A stretch of 64,000 nt of DNA, taken from the NCBI GenBank assembly GCA_963663545.1, contig OY760505.1, positions 873,185 through 937,184 on the forward strand, written 5' to 3'. Made by a program: the position numbers and the translations under genes. The notes under the pieces were generated by a model. It did no database searches. It saw nothing but the letters and a program-made list of their open reading frames with translations, and was not told the origin of the DNA. Origin of the DNA: Candidatus Delongbacteria bacterium. Lineage in GTDB: Bacteria; CAIWAD01. Shown here piece by piece: positions 22,084-32,429 of the stretch. Each line of letters begins with the position of its first letter. Position 1 is the stretch's first letter.

Positions 22084-22317
22084 GATGTTCTCCTGGAAGA
22101 ACAGGGTACGCTCCGAGCACAGAAGCGACGGATCCGAGCGACATAGCAGCAGTGCGTATGGTCGGCATGCAGTATGGCAAATCTCCGTCGTCCAAGGATT
22201 GGAAGGACTGCTATCCTCTACTCACAGAACTCCATCGGCAATAGCGCTTGCAATTCTTGTCACAGGATATTCCCTTTGCTTCAACTCGGAACTTGAACCA
22301 GCCACGGGAAAAACTTC

Positions 22318-23334
22318 ATGTTGTTTACATCCCCCCGCCGCGCCACGAGTGCCTTCCTGATGATTGTCACCTCGCTGATTCTGCTGCTAAGTGGCTGCGA
22401 CAAGCCCAAGCTGCTGACTCACTATGAGGTCGTCCGCGAGACCCCCCTGTACAGTCATATCACGCTTTCGATGTACTTCAACTCAGCCGCGCCCGGGGAT
22501 ACGCTGACCGTGCTGAAAACCTTCGACAACTGCATCTCGACCAAAGTACACGGACGCAAGCGCTACGTAAAACTGGAAGACCTGCGCCTGATTGAGGTGG
22601 CTCCCGAGGAGCGCATCATCTCAAATACTTCGCCCCTGCCGCCAGTGGCACAGCAGTTCATGATGAAGTACGCCAATTTCTGGAACTGGCGCTTCTGGGC
22701 CATCATTGCCGGACTGGCGGTGACGCTCTTCCTCATGTTCAGCATAGGCATGGGCACGCAGATCTCGTACAGCGTGGATCACGAGACCGAAGCGCCGGGA
22801 CTGGAGCTCTTCCCCGTCTTCTCCTTCGGCATTGGCGTGCTGATTGGCGTCTGGCATTTCCTGGCACCGGAGACAACGGAGGGCGCCCTCTACCATCTGG
22901 ACTTCCTGCGCGTTTTCGCGGACGAAGATCCTTCGCGCACGGCCTGGTTCCTCTTCGCGATGGGCGGCCTTTTTGTGCTGTTCAATCTCTGGTTGCTGAT
23001 CCGCATGCTGGTGAAGTACTTCAGCTATTCCTGGGTCCTCTATCCTTTCTATACACTGATGGGTGTCACGGCACTACTCAGCGCCGTCTACATGGCCACC
23101 GCCTCGATCGTTGTGCTGATCGCGGGCACGGTGGTCTACTTCGGCTTCAGCATGCTGGGGGGCGCCATGGGTGCGGTGGGAAACATCGGCTCTGGCGGAT
23201 CCGCTTCCAGTTATGACCAGGAGCGGGAGATCACCAGACGCGACCAAGAGGCCCTCAAGCGCCGCCAGCTCAACCAGGCGGAGTGGCACAAGGTGTACAA
23301 GGGCAAGAATATCGATCCCAACGTGTTCAAGTGA
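22318..23334 (+). CDS. membrane lipoprotein, hypothetical
   Basis: Lipobox LLLSGC near the N-terminus. Several TM helices. No recognisable domain. Confidence 0.55.
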   Translation: MLFTSPRRATSAFLMIVTSLILLLSGCDKPKLLTHYEVVRETPLYSHITLSMYFNSAAPGDTLTVLKTFDNCISTKVHGRKRYVKLEDLRLIEVAPEERIISNTSPLPPVAQQFMMKYANFWNWRFWAIIAGLAVTLFLMFSIGMGTQISYSVDHETEAPGLELFPVFSFGIGVLIGVWHFLAPETTEGALYHLDFLRVFADEDPSRTAWFLFAMGGLFVLFNLWLLIRMLVKYFSYSWVLYPFYTLMGVTALLSAVYMATASIVVLIAGTVVYFGFSMLGGAMGAVGNIGSGGSASSYDQEREITRRDQEALKRRQLNQAEWHKVYKGKNIDPNVFK

Positions 23335-23345
23335 AGCCTTGAGCG

Positions 23346-24995
23346 CTACATCCCAGGCAACCAGAGATCGCGGCGTCTCGATCGACGCCCACATGGACGG
23401 CTTCGGCCTCCTCGTGCCGAGGGTGAAACGCTCGCCTTTGTTCTCTCCTGCGTACGCCCTCCGCTCTTCCTGGCAACCGTTTTTCCTCGGCTATCGTTGT
23501 ACTCCCGTTGAAACTGCCGTGCTTGTGTCACCATTTCAGCCCCCGGTTCCGATGGAAGCTGAGGGCGCGTACTTGGTTCATGCAATACCTCATCGCTATC
23601 AAGCGCGCTGACCAGGAATCGCATTTGCCCCCGGCGGCAGCAGGTGTAGGCCAGCATCTGATCGCGCTCGTCACAACGCAATTGCGTGAGACGTCGGGCG
23701 CGCTGCTGAAATCCCGGTGTCCGCTTCACTCCCGTGACACACCACCGGCGGCCCCATTTCCTTACCATGGCAGGCTCTTCCACCGCAAGCAGAGCCAGCG
23801 CCTTCTCGACTTGTCCTTGCGGCAGCTGCATGAAGCGTGCGATTTCTTCGTCGCTGAGTCCCTGCGGATGCCAACTCAGGATCTGCAGAATCGCCGCAAT
23901 CTCAGGCTCGCTGGGAAAGGCCGTTCGAATGAAGAAATCCAAAATGCCCTTGTCGCCCTTGCCGTAGAGCAAAATGCCGTAGGCCGCCTCCAGCGCCCGA
24001 CCGGCCCGTCCAACCTGCTGATAGTAGGCGACCACGGATGCCGGCATCTGATAGTGTATCACAAAGGCAATGTCCGGCTTATCGAAGCCCATACCTAGCG
24101 CAGTAGTAGCCACCAGCACTTTGAGGCGGTTCCTCATTAGTTGGTCTTCAATCTGCTCGCGCTCCGGAGCTCCCGAATAGTAGGCTTTGGCCGTTATGCC
24201 GCAATGCTGCAACCATGCGGCCACTTGCTGTGCGTCCCTGACGGTCAGCGTGTAGACGATGCCGGAGCCAGGCAGCCGGGGAAGCTGCTCCGCCAGCCAG
24301 GCCATGCGCTCACTGCGTTTGGCCAGCTCGATGTTTTGTAGCACAAGACTAGGACGCGCCAGCTCACCGCGCTGCACCTGCAGATCCGGCCCCAGGATCT
24401 GCTCAAGGTCCCGCATCACGCGTGCGTTGGCCGTGGCCGTTGTTGCCAGCAGACGCAGACTGGCAGGTAGCTGTGGTATCACGCGCTCGATCAGCCGATA
24501 GTAGGGCCGGAAGTCGTGGCCCCAGTCGGAAATGCAATGCGCCTCATCTACCACCAGCATGGCGATCTCGCGCAGGATGGGCGACAGCACTGTATCACAG
24601 AAACCCTCGTTGGCCAGCCGCTCCGGTGAGATGAGCAGCAAGTCCGCCTGCCCTTCGCATAGAAGATGCTGGTTATGCACCCACTCCTCCCTGTTGTCCG
24701 AGTGAATGCTTACCGCTCGCAGCCCCATGCGCTCAGCCGCTTGCAACTGATTACGCATCAGCGAAAGCAGCGGCGAGATCAGAATACTTGGCCCCGCACC
24801 GCCCTCTCGCAACAGACGACAGGCAATGAAGTAGACATAGCTCTTGCCCCAGCCGGTACGTTGTATCACCAGGAGACGCCCGCGCCCCTCCACGATGTGC
24901 CGGATCGCCTCTTCCTGTCCCTCACGGAACTCTGCCTTCGCCTGTGCGGTCCCTTCCCGCAACAGCTCGCGCGCTCGCTTCGCATCGTAGTTCAT
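23346..24995 (-). CDS. recQ: RecQ-family ATP-dependent DNA helicase
   Basis: Start set at MNYDAK (ATG 24995, GGAGGGAG upstream). Helicase motifs present: …TGWGKSYVYF…, DEAHCISDWGHDFRPYY. Basic low-complexity C-terminal tail. Confidence 0.85.
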   Translation of the reverse strand: MNYDAKRARELLREGTAQAKAEFREGQEEAIRHIVEGRGRLLVIQRTGWGKSYVYFIACRLLREGGAGPSILISPLLSLMRNQLQAAERMGLRAVSIHSDNREEWVHNQHLLCEGQADLLLISPERLANEGFCDTVLSPILREIAMLVVDEAHCISDWGHDFRPYYRLIERVIPQLPASLRLLATTATANARVMRDLEQILGPDLQVQRGELARPSLVLQNIELAKRSERMAWLAEQLPRLPGSGIVYTLTVRDAQQVAAWLQHCGITAKAYYSGAPEREQIEDQLMRNRLKVLVATTALGMGFDKPDIAFVIHYQMPASVVAYYQQVGRAGRALEAAYGILLYGKGDKGILDFFIRTAFPSEPEIAAILQILSWHPQGLSDEEIARFMQLPQGQVEKALALLAVEEPAMVRKWGRRWCVTGVKRTPGFQQRARRLTQLRCDERDQMLAYTCCRRGQMRFLVSALDSDEVLHEPSTRPQLPSEPGAEMVTQARQFQREYNDSRGKTVARKSGGRTQERTKASVSPSARGGRSRPCGRRSRRRDLWLPGM

Positions 24996-25246
24996 GCTCC
25001 CTCCTTCCCGCTTACCGATGAGCACGCCGGCAACGTGTATCACGGCTCCCTGCGTTCATCCTTGTTTGATGTGCTTTGTGATACAGACTGCGCGGGTTGC
25101 GGTTCCGGGTTTCGAGCGGATCTGGGCATCACTGCATTGCAGTGTCCAGACGCTTGGACACATTAGATCAGGCGATGCGGATAGGCGTAGGACGCACAAG
25201 CTGACCCGAAACCGCGAAGTCATCGGAATGTTGTCACACACACCGC

Positions 25247-25816
25247 CTATTGAAAGCGGAAAAGCAGTGGCAGCACGAAGAAAACGAACGCGGCCCATAT
25301 GACGTAAACCGGAAGATAGCCGGCAGCAGCCTGATGAAGGCTCTGACGGGTGCCCGTTCGCAAATGGACTAGCTGACCACGCAGGATGACGGCAAGATGT
25401 CCAAGGATCACCAGGTTCGCGCCCAGGACCACCACACGGTTTGGCGAAAAGCCGAAGGATGCTAGGCGAAAGACGATGGACGCCAGCGCCTGTAGATCAA
25501 TCAGCATGGTGATGGCAAGCAGGCCAAGCGTGATCCACTCGCCAAAACTCCGCTGCTGATTCGTGCCTTGGTTGGCAATGCTCAGCAGGCTGATCAGTAA
25601 GACAACCAGCAGCAGACCGTTCATGAGAATCAGGAAGTCGCGATCGACGAAGGGATTGCGCCCAAGCTCTAGCGCCACCGTCAGGAAAGCCGTTGACATG
25701 ATTAGAAAGAGCGGGGCGAACACTCGCGCCAGTACCGCGGCGATCTTTGTACGACGTGCGAAGATGCGTTTGAAGAGATATAGGAATGCTAAAAAGTCCT
25801 GTCCGAGACACGGCAC
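25247..25816 (-). CDS. membrane protein, hypothetical
   Basis: 189 aa, about 5 TM helices, no recognisable motif. Confidence 0.5.
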   Translation of the reverse strand: MPCLGQDFLAFLYLFKRIFARRTKIAAVLARVFAPLFLIMSTAFLTVALELGRNPFVDRDFLILMNGLLLVVLLISLLSIANQGTNQQRSFGEWITLGLLAITMLIDLQALASIVFRLASFGFSPNRVVVLGANLVILGHLAVILRGQLVHLRTGTRQSLHQAAAGYLPVYVIWAAFVFFVLPLLFRFQ

Positions 25817-26051
25817 AAAGACCTATGAAAATCTGCAAACTAGAATGACTGAATATCCTGATTAACCTGTTTGCGGATTATATCCCCATCATATCTATCC
25901 ACGACACTTCTATTAACAGTATCTCGCAATCTAACATCTATCATAACACCTTGATTCATCTTGTCACTTCGGCTAATTTATCGAAAACATTCTAACATTC
26001 TATTTTCTTCTGACAGTCCTGCACTTACAACATTTTTGACTATTTCAGATG

Positions 26052-27626
26052 CTAAATATCACAACCACCTCCTGATAATGCTTTTTCCATTTCTGCTAAT
26101 ATTTCTTTCTCTCGCATTTTCGCTTGTTGTATACTTACTAAAATTGATTTAACTAATCGCAGAACTACAATTCCATTTGATTGCACTGAATGCTTAGCTA
26201 TAGTCTCCAAACACCCATTATCATATGTATAGCGTAACTTTGAAATTGATTTTAATTTATAGAATTTACTCCTTGAATCACTTGTGAACGCATAAAGCAT
26301 GTCTACTATTCCTTGTACTAATGGATCTTTAAATTTGTATTTATATGCCATAGTATTGCAATCCAAGTCACCAAGTAGCGACATTATTACCGGACACCTA
26401 CTCATTGCTGTACCAACATTTATTGCTACCGATCTCCAAAACCACTGATTTGATTCTATAAGTCCATTCTTCTCGTAAAAACGTACATTTTCCTCTAATT
26501 CACCTATCGTTACCAACGGATCAAATGCAATATATCCGCAATCAAAACTCATACTAATTTCTTTTAATATTTTTATTGCTACTTCTGCTTGTTCAGCAGT
26601 ATATCCCCTGTTATATCTTTGCAATTGTGAATCTACTCCACTCTCAATTCCAATGTATAGCCTCTTTAATCCTACTGACCTATAGTCATTTAATAAACCT
26701 TTAATTGTTTCTACGTGATTGAAATCACCATTTCCTACTATGAATCCAGGTCTAACAAATATTCGAAACTGAACTTCACGTTTAGATCTCCTTCTTGCTT
26801 CATGAATAAATCTACGTATCTTATTTGCACGATCAAGATTTTGACTACAATATTTGCCAAAAAAATCATCATCACAAAATTCTATAACATCAACCCCTAA
26901 ATCACATATGAGATGGTTAATATCCCTTTCAATTCGGTCAATAGAAAAGCTCTCCCATCCGCGATTTCTAAAGCTATACCTCGTGCAAAACGAACACTTT
27001 CCCCATGAACATCCACGCGAGAGCTGCGCTTGAACAACCTTAATTCCATCAACCTCTTTTGGTGTATACTTTGGCAAATATGGCAGTTTTTGCAATTTCG
27101 GAGTATTTACCGGTAGCTTACTTATACGACCACATCCATTGTCTTCTGAAAAGCTAACAACACCATCAATTTTCCTTATTGTATGGAGATTTTGCACACT
27201 CTTATTCAAACATCCCACAATCAGCTCTATTACACGTTCAGCTTCACCTCCTACACAAAACACTTTTCCAATATCAAGACAGTTTAACGAATTAATTCGA
27301 TTTAAAATCTCTTGTGGTAAATACGTTGGCAGCTGCCCCCCTAATAGCAAAATACCCGTATCTAACAAATTGAGTGTTTTTACAATATTCAAACACAGCT
27401 CGATTGTATTAGTAGAGACACTAATGCCAATAATATCATACTCGACATCAGAAGCATAGTTTTCCACAAAGCAATCAATAGTATCACATTCAATGCGATC
27501 AATAAGAATCGAGTCACCGTAGACACCCAGCAAATGTCCCTCTAACGCATCAAGCGACAACATATTCCAAAATGAATAATGATCAATTGACCTCAAACCT
27601 ACGAACAAAATCCTTATAAAAGGCAT
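26052..27626 (-). CDS. class-B radical SAM enzyme with N-terminal B12-binding domain
   Basis: 524 aa. Rossmann-like N-terminal domain (…DIIGISVSTNT…ILLLGGQ…) is followed by a radical SAM core with SRGCSWGKCSFC, i.e. CxxxxCxxC as in B12-rSAMs. Strongly AT-rich codon usage, unlike the host genes. Confidence 0.8.
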   Translation of the reverse strand: MPFIRILFVGLRSIDHYSFWNMLSLDALEGHLLGVYGDSILIDRIECDTIDCFVENYASDVEYDIIGISVSTNTIELCLNIVKTLNLLDTGILLLGGQLPTYLPQEILNRINSLNCLDIGKVFCVGGEAERVIELIVGCLNKSVQNLHTIRKIDGVVSFSEDNGCGRISKLPVNTPKLQKLPYLPKYTPKEVDGIKVVQAQLSRGCSWGKCSFCTRYSFRNRGWESFSIDRIERDINHLICDLGVDVIEFCDDDFFGKYCSQNLDRANKIRRFIHEARRRSKREVQFRIFVRPGFIVGNGDFNHVETIKGLLNDYRSVGLKRLYIGIESGVDSQLQRYNRGYTAEQAEVAIKILKEISMSFDCGYIAFDPLVTIGELEENVRFYEKNGLIESNQWFWRSVAINVGTAMSRCPVIMSLLGDLDCNTMAYKYKFKDPLVQGIVDMLYAFTSDSRSKFYKLKSISKLRYTYDNGCLETIAKHSVQSNGIVVLRLVKSILVSIQQAKMREKEILAEMEKALSGGGCDI

Positions 27627-27642
27627 TATTTAACTCACTAAT

Positions 27643-28878
27643 TTATTGTTCAATCATTGCTTGTATTTCTTCCGATACTTTATCACAAGAGTATTCGTAT
27701 TCACTAGCTTTATCGCCGTTAGATTTTCGCATCTTCACCTTAAATACTGTGCCGTCGTTACTAAAATTTGGTAGCACGCCACCCATGCGATACGGGACAG
27801 TAAACATAACTTCCACATTGTTACCATCTTGCGACCTTTGAAAATTCAGCAAATCATGAACAACTCTATTATCGTTAACCAGTATTTGCAGCATTAGAGC
27901 TCCTGCAGCCCTGCACCCAGAGAACAAAAATACATATTTGCTATCGTTTTCCTTTGCCCATGGGTTTTTACAGCATGAGATTAACGCATAATCAGTATGT
28001 GTCATGTTTTCCTGCGACTCATTTGAAACAGTAGGACAACACATAATACCATTCGCAATTATACAGGCCATATTTGTTTCACCACATACACCTGTTCTAG
28101 AACCGCTAGTACATTCAGAATTCCCAGGACACTTAATGAAACTTGCGAACAAACCTGGTTGATCGCCCTGTTTTAGCATTTTATCAATAAATCTCTTTGT
28201 TACTGAGTTTGTTTTACTACTGCCAAGAAGTATTAGATTACGGTCGCCTAATTTTTCTTCTTCTGATCCGACTTCACAACTACATTTTATTCTTACTCTC
28301 CTATCACCAAGAACCGATTGAACAACACCATACAGCTTCATTGCCAATAAGCTTTCTTGTAATATTAATGGTATACTAGAAGATGTTTTTGCTAAATCAC
28401 CACGTCTATGTTTTAAATCATTACTAACAACATCACTCCAATAACTATCTTTTTCTGAGTCAATTTTATGTGAGAATATCACATCAACTCTTGCTCCTGA
28501 CGCATAAATCTCATCAAGATGAAGAAATTGTGCCAGAGGCTTATATCCAGCAGTATCGGCCATATGAGTTTCGAGTAACTCAACTATCCTATAACAATTT
28601 TTGTCAATTCTTGAACATTTGGATACATTAGATAACAGTTCACCTATAGCACGCTTGGATTTTGCAATAGCATTATTAAAACGCAAAAACATCACTACAA
28701 CACCTATAACTATATAAATAGTGATTATAATAATCATTAACCACAGAAGTTGGCTATTCACCATCCCGAGTTTAAAATGCGACGCCAAAAGTCCAGATAC
28801 GGCAGTAACCAACGGCGAATAGCGCCAAACAATTTTCCATATCCTCTTCCAGATGGTGTTTTTCCTGTCGTTTGGCAT
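27643..28878 (-). CDS. N-terminally membrane-anchored protein of unknown function, Cys-rich soluble domain
   Basis: 411 aa. N-terminal hydrophobic helix (LWLMIIIITIYIVIGVVVMFL) then about 330 aa of soluble sequence with no motif I can assign. Lies 16 nt upstream of the B12-rSAM gene on the same strand, with the same AT-rich composition. Confidence 0.7.
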   Translation of the reverse strand: MPNDRKNTIWKRIWKIVWRYSPLVTAVSGLLASHFKLGMVNSQLLWLMIIIITIYIVIGVVVMFLRFNNAIAKSKRAIGELLSNVSKCSRIDKNCYRIVELLETHMADTAGYKPLAQFLHLDEIYASGARVDVIFSHKIDSEKDSYWSDVVSNDLKHRRGDLAKTSSSIPLILQESLLAMKLYGVVQSVLGDRRVRIKCSCEVGSEEEKLGDRNLILLGSSKTNSVTKRFIDKMLKQGDQPGLFASFIKCPGNSECTSGSRTGVCGETNMACIIANGIMCCPTVSNESQENMTHTDYALISCCKNPWAKENDSKYVFLFSGCRAAGALMLQILVNDNRVVHDLLNFQRSQDGNNVEVMFTVPYRMGGVLPNFSNDGTVFKVKMRKSNGDKASEYEYSCDKVSEEIQAMIEQ

Positions 28879-29099
28879 ACTTCACACCTGCTGACATTTA
28901 TTCTTAACTACCTTCTGTCTGTTCCGGAGCCAAGCTACTATGTAATGCTGTTTTGAGCCAGCACTTTCGAGTAGATATCAGACAAGCTCTTCTCTCGATA
29001 CTGTAGGAACTCTTCATCTGAGACATCTCAGACCACACAGGGTCGAAATTGAGTTCTAGATCATACACACCAGCTTTGATCGCTAATCCTGATTACCTA

Positions 29100-29700
29100 G
29101 TATCCTCCGATTACCGCAGGCTGCCCAGCGGCCTTTTCGTGGAGCTGGCAGCAGCTCGTAGCAATCTGCATAACAGCCCCTGCTGGTTGAACCTGCAATT
29201 GATGAGAAACAGAAGTAGGCCGAAGTAGCGAGGCAGGTAGCGAGCTTCTGACTTGTGGTGCACACCAACGAGGCTGGTCTTCAGATTGCCCAGGATCGGG
29301 TTCGCCCAGCGAAAGACAATTTCCAGCAAACGCTTTCTACCCTTGACCGCATTCGGAGCGTAATCCTGAGCAGTTTCCTTGATCGCCGGAAAGCCCCCGA
29401 GGGCATCAGAAAACACAAAGGCCTGAGCCGCGAAACGCTGGCTTGCTCAAGCTGAAACAGGGATTCGCGGAAGTTGGGAAGGACGCTATGACAAGATGAC
29501 GCACGCCATTGTTCTCATTACGATCCACAGCAAACACAAAGGGTGTCTTGTACGGGAATCCGCGTCCGGTCTTCTACTCAGGACGTTTTCCTCCATGTAC
29601 GCATCGTCTATTTCAATCGTTTTCATCAAAATGCGACCCACCTCCTGACTGACAACTACGTCCATCAGCTTGTGCATCATCAGCCAGGCGGTGCAGTATG
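29100..29700 (-). pseudogene. decayed IS4/IS5-like DDE transposase fragment
   Basis: Broken minus-strand frames give …LLEIVFRWANPILGNLKTSLVGVHHKSEARYLPRYFGLLLFLI…. This resembles the conserved C-terminal segment of IS4-family transposases (…IELFFKWIKQ…). No intact ORF. Borders the AT-rich island. Confidence 0.4.
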
Positions 29701-29963
29701 TGTCCTATTGTGCAGCCACAACACAGATAGACCAAGTCTCAAGGCCAACGGCATTTGTGATAAATGATCGGGACCAATCTTTAGTAAGCACATAGCAATA
29801 GTACACGCGGATCTGTACCGAAAGTCCTATCTAAGCACAGCCATTCAATTATATAAATATGCCGTCCAGCAAGCGGAACCCGATCCCCGGTGAGTTGATC
29901 GACGCGTAGAAGTCTACTCATCCACAGGATCGACAGCGATAGCAATACCCTGATCCAGAAAGG

Positions 29964-30392
29964 TCAAAGACTAAGCAAGACGATGCCGCCCACGGTCAGC
30001 AGCATGCCGAGCGCCGTTTTCAGAGTCAAGGTCTCGCCGCCCAGCATCAAGCCCATCAAGGCACCGAAGAGTGGAGAAGTAAACGCAATGGGCATCACGC
30101 GATTCAGCGGAGCGCCCTTCAGCGCGGCGTAAAAGCAGAGCATGCCGCCAGCACCGGCCACCACGCCACCGCCGATGACCATCATCCACAAGGCGCGCGG
30201 TGGAGCGGAGAGCAACAACTTCCACTGGGGCGCACTCACCAAGCCCAGGATCAGCAGTGCCACGGCGGTACGAATGCTAATGCCCAGCTGAGGCGACAGA
30301 TGCCCCATGTGCAGGCCCTTTTTCTCGAAGTAGCCGCCAATGCCCCAGGCGGCGGCCGTGAACAGTGCCAGAAGCTGTGGATTGAACTTCAT
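29964..30392 (-). CDS. EamA/DMT-family small membrane transporter
   Basis: 142 aa, 4-5 TM helices, Gly-rich EamA-like pattern. Confidence 0.65.
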   Translation of the reverse strand: MKFNPQLLALFTAAAWGIGGYFEKKGLHMGHLSPQLGISIRTAVALLILGLVSAPQWKLLLSAPPRALWMMVIGGGVVAGAGGMLCFYAALKGAPLNRVMPIAFTSPLFGALMGLMLGGETLTLKTALGMLLTVGGIVLLSL

Positions 30393-30832
30393 CGGGTCAG
30401 CCCTTCTTCGCTCAGAATGCGACTCAGGATATCGGCGGCTCCCAGAACAATGCCCGGGCAGAGCTTGTGCTGCTCCGCCAGCACTTCTTCGCGGCTGCGG
30501 TTCGTTTGGGGAACCAGATGATCGCAGCGGTGCTCGCCATACTGGCTGCGAAACTCCTCGATGAAGTGCTTGGCGGTATTGCGGCAGCGCTGCTTCACGT
30601 CAAGATCACCGGCGCTGACGCGCCCTTGCGCCAGGCCTATGACCAGAAGCGCACCACCGATGGCACCGCACATCTCACCCGTTCCCGCCATGCCGCCACT
30701 CAGAGGATCGGCCAAACGCGAGGCCAGAGTGGGCTCCAGGCCGAACTCGTCTGCCCACGCCATCAGAATGGCCTGACTGCAGGACCACCCCTCTTCGTAC
30801 AACTGTTTCGCTTTCAGTGCGCGGTTGATCAT
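30389..30832 (-). CDS. C_GCAxxG_C_C family protein
   Basis: Start set at MINRALKAKQLYEEGWSCSQAIL (ATG 30832, GAGGA upstream). Conserved C…GEMCGAIGGAL…C…C pattern of the C_GCAxxG_C_C family. Confidence 0.7.
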   Translation of the reverse strand: MINRALKAKQLYEEGWSCSQAILMAWADEFGLEPTLASRLADPLSGGMAGTGEMCGAIGGALLVIGLAQGRVSAGDLDVKQRCRNTAKHFIEEFRSQYGEHRCDHLVPQTNRSREEVLAEQHKLCPGIVLGAADILSRILSEEGLTR

Positions 30833-30833
30833 C

Positions 30834-31565
30834 TCATCCTCTTGTACCGAAGTCGTCCAGAATGCGACGGCAAAGTCCCACCTCCTCCGCGTCACACATG
30901 CGATCGGCACCATAAGCACCCGCATCATGTGTGACACTCGCTCCCACATGCACGGCATGCAGGCCGGAAATGCGCAACAAGGGTTCCAGATTGCCATGTC
31001 TCACGCTGCCAGCGGCAATCAGCTCCAACCCATCGCCCACAGATTCCATCCACTCATGCAGCGTGTGACGGCCGCGATAGGCGGTTTCGGCCATCCCACT
31101 GCTAAGCAGGCGTCGGCAACCAACACGCATCAGCTCCTGCAGAGCTGCTTTCGGATTCTTCAGCTGATCGAAAGCGCGATGAAAAGTAACCGGCAGGGGT
31201 GCCGCCGCCTGTATCACACACTCCAAAGAAGGCAGATCCAACTCGCCTGAAGGAAGAAGCGCGCCAAAGACAAAGCCATTGGCTCCTGCTTTTCGCAGGG
31301 CATTCAAATCCACCATCAGCTGCCCCAGCTCTTCGCGATGGATTGTGAAGGAGCCACCGCGCGGCCTGAGCATGCAAACCAGGTCCGCCGTTGTTGTATC
31401 ACGAAGCGTCTGCACAAAGCCGGGTGTAGGAGTCAGGCCGCCCTCGGAAAGGGCCGAACAGAGCTCAAGTCTGTCGGCACCCGCTCCCAGGGCGGCCTGT
31501 GCTGATGTCAGATTATCAACGCAGACCTCCAGGAGGATCTGCGTCTGCGTATCACGCTGTATCAC
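30834..31565 (-). CDS. cutC: copper homeostasis protein CutC
   Basis: …ILLEVCVDNLTSAQAALGAGADRLELCSALSEGGLTPT… aligns with the E. coli CutC N-terminus. Apparent GTG start. Confidence 0.85.
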   Translation of the reverse strand: MIQRDTQTQILLEVCVDNLTSAQAALGAGADRLELCSALSEGGLTPTPGFVQTLRDTTTADLVCMLRPRGGSFTIHREELGQLMVDLNALRKAGANGFVFGALLPSGELDLPSLECVIQAAAPLPVTFHRAFDQLKNPKAALQELMRVGCRRLLSSGMAETAYRGRHTLHEWMESVGDGLELIAAGSVRHGNLEPLLRISGLHAVHVGASVTHDAGAYGADRMCDAEEVGLCRRILDDFGTRG

Positions 31566-31571
31566 GCGCGA

Positions 31572-32429
31572 TCAATCTCCCGCCTGTACAATGGGTTGTG
31601 TGGCCTTGTCGGAGCAAAGCACCACCATCAGATTGCCCACCAGCCGAGCTTTCTCGTGGTCGTCCATGGCCACCACATTCGTCTCTGCCAACTGGCTAAG
31701 CGCCATCTGCACCATGCCCACGGCGCCGTCAACGATTTTCTGGCGTGCGTCAATGATGGCTTCGGCCTGCTGACGCTGCAGCATGGCACTGGCAATCTCG
31801 CTGGCATAAGCCAGGTGATTGATGCGGGCCTCGACGACTTCCACTCCAGCCGTCTTCACACGCTCCTGGATCTCCCGCTGCAAAGTATCGTTGACTTCGT
31901 CCAGCGAACTGCGCAAGCTGTGGCTCTCGCCCTCGGTGTCGTCGTAGGCATAGCTGGTTGCCAAATGACGCAGCGCGGACTCGGACTGCACAATCACGTA
32001 GTCGCGGAAGTCCTCTACATCAAAGGTCGCCTGAGCGGTTTCTGTAACACGCCATACCACCACCGCCGAGATATCGATGGGGTTGCCCTTCTTGTCGTTG
32101 ACCTTGATTTTCTCGCTGTCGAAGTTGCGTACCCGCAGGCTGATTTTGCGCTTGGTGTAGAAGGGGTTGGCCCAGCGGAAACCCGCCGTCTTCTCCGTCC
32201 CCGCATACTGGCCGAAGAGCAGCATGACAACGGCTTGATTGGGCTCCAGCATGAAGAGACCGCCCAGTACCAGCAGCCCGATGAAGAAAAGCAGAATCAT
32301 GGAAACGAGTAGCGCTATGCTGTGAAAGGCCAGGCCGCATACAAAGCCGGCCACGCTACCCAGTCCCACCAGCACGCCCAGAAAGAGCATGCCCCAGCCA
32401 CTGGCGGTACGTCCCTGTCTTTCCTGCAT
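31572..32429 (-). CDS. SPFH/band-7 (stomatin/prohibitin-like) membrane protein
   Basis: N-terminal TM region then SPFH domain (…PNQAVVMLLFGQYAGTEKTAGFRWANPFY…). Confidence 0.85.
   Translation of the reverse strand: MQERQGRTASGWGMLFLGVLVGLGSVAGFVCGLAFHSIALLVSMILLFFIGLLVLGGLFMLEPNQAVVMLLFGQYAGTEKTAGFRWANPFYTKRKISLRVRNFDSEKIKVNDKKGNPIDISAVVVWRVTETAQATFDVEDFRDYVIVQSESALRHLATSYAYDDTEGESHSLRSSLDEVNDTLQREIQERVKTAGVEVVEARINHLAYASEIASAMLQRQQAEAIIDARQKIVDGAVGMVQMALSQLAETNVVAMDDHEKARLVGNLMVVLCSDKATQPIVQAGD

Noticed and set aside
27643-28878. Assigning the 411-aa island protein to a caspase/CHAT-like protease or a SIR2/SLOG-like fold
   Set aside because: Motif resemblances (…VIFSHK… and …FLFSGCRAAG…) are weak. 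The His-Cys spacing of about 200 aa does not fit caspase-like folds. Left as unknown.
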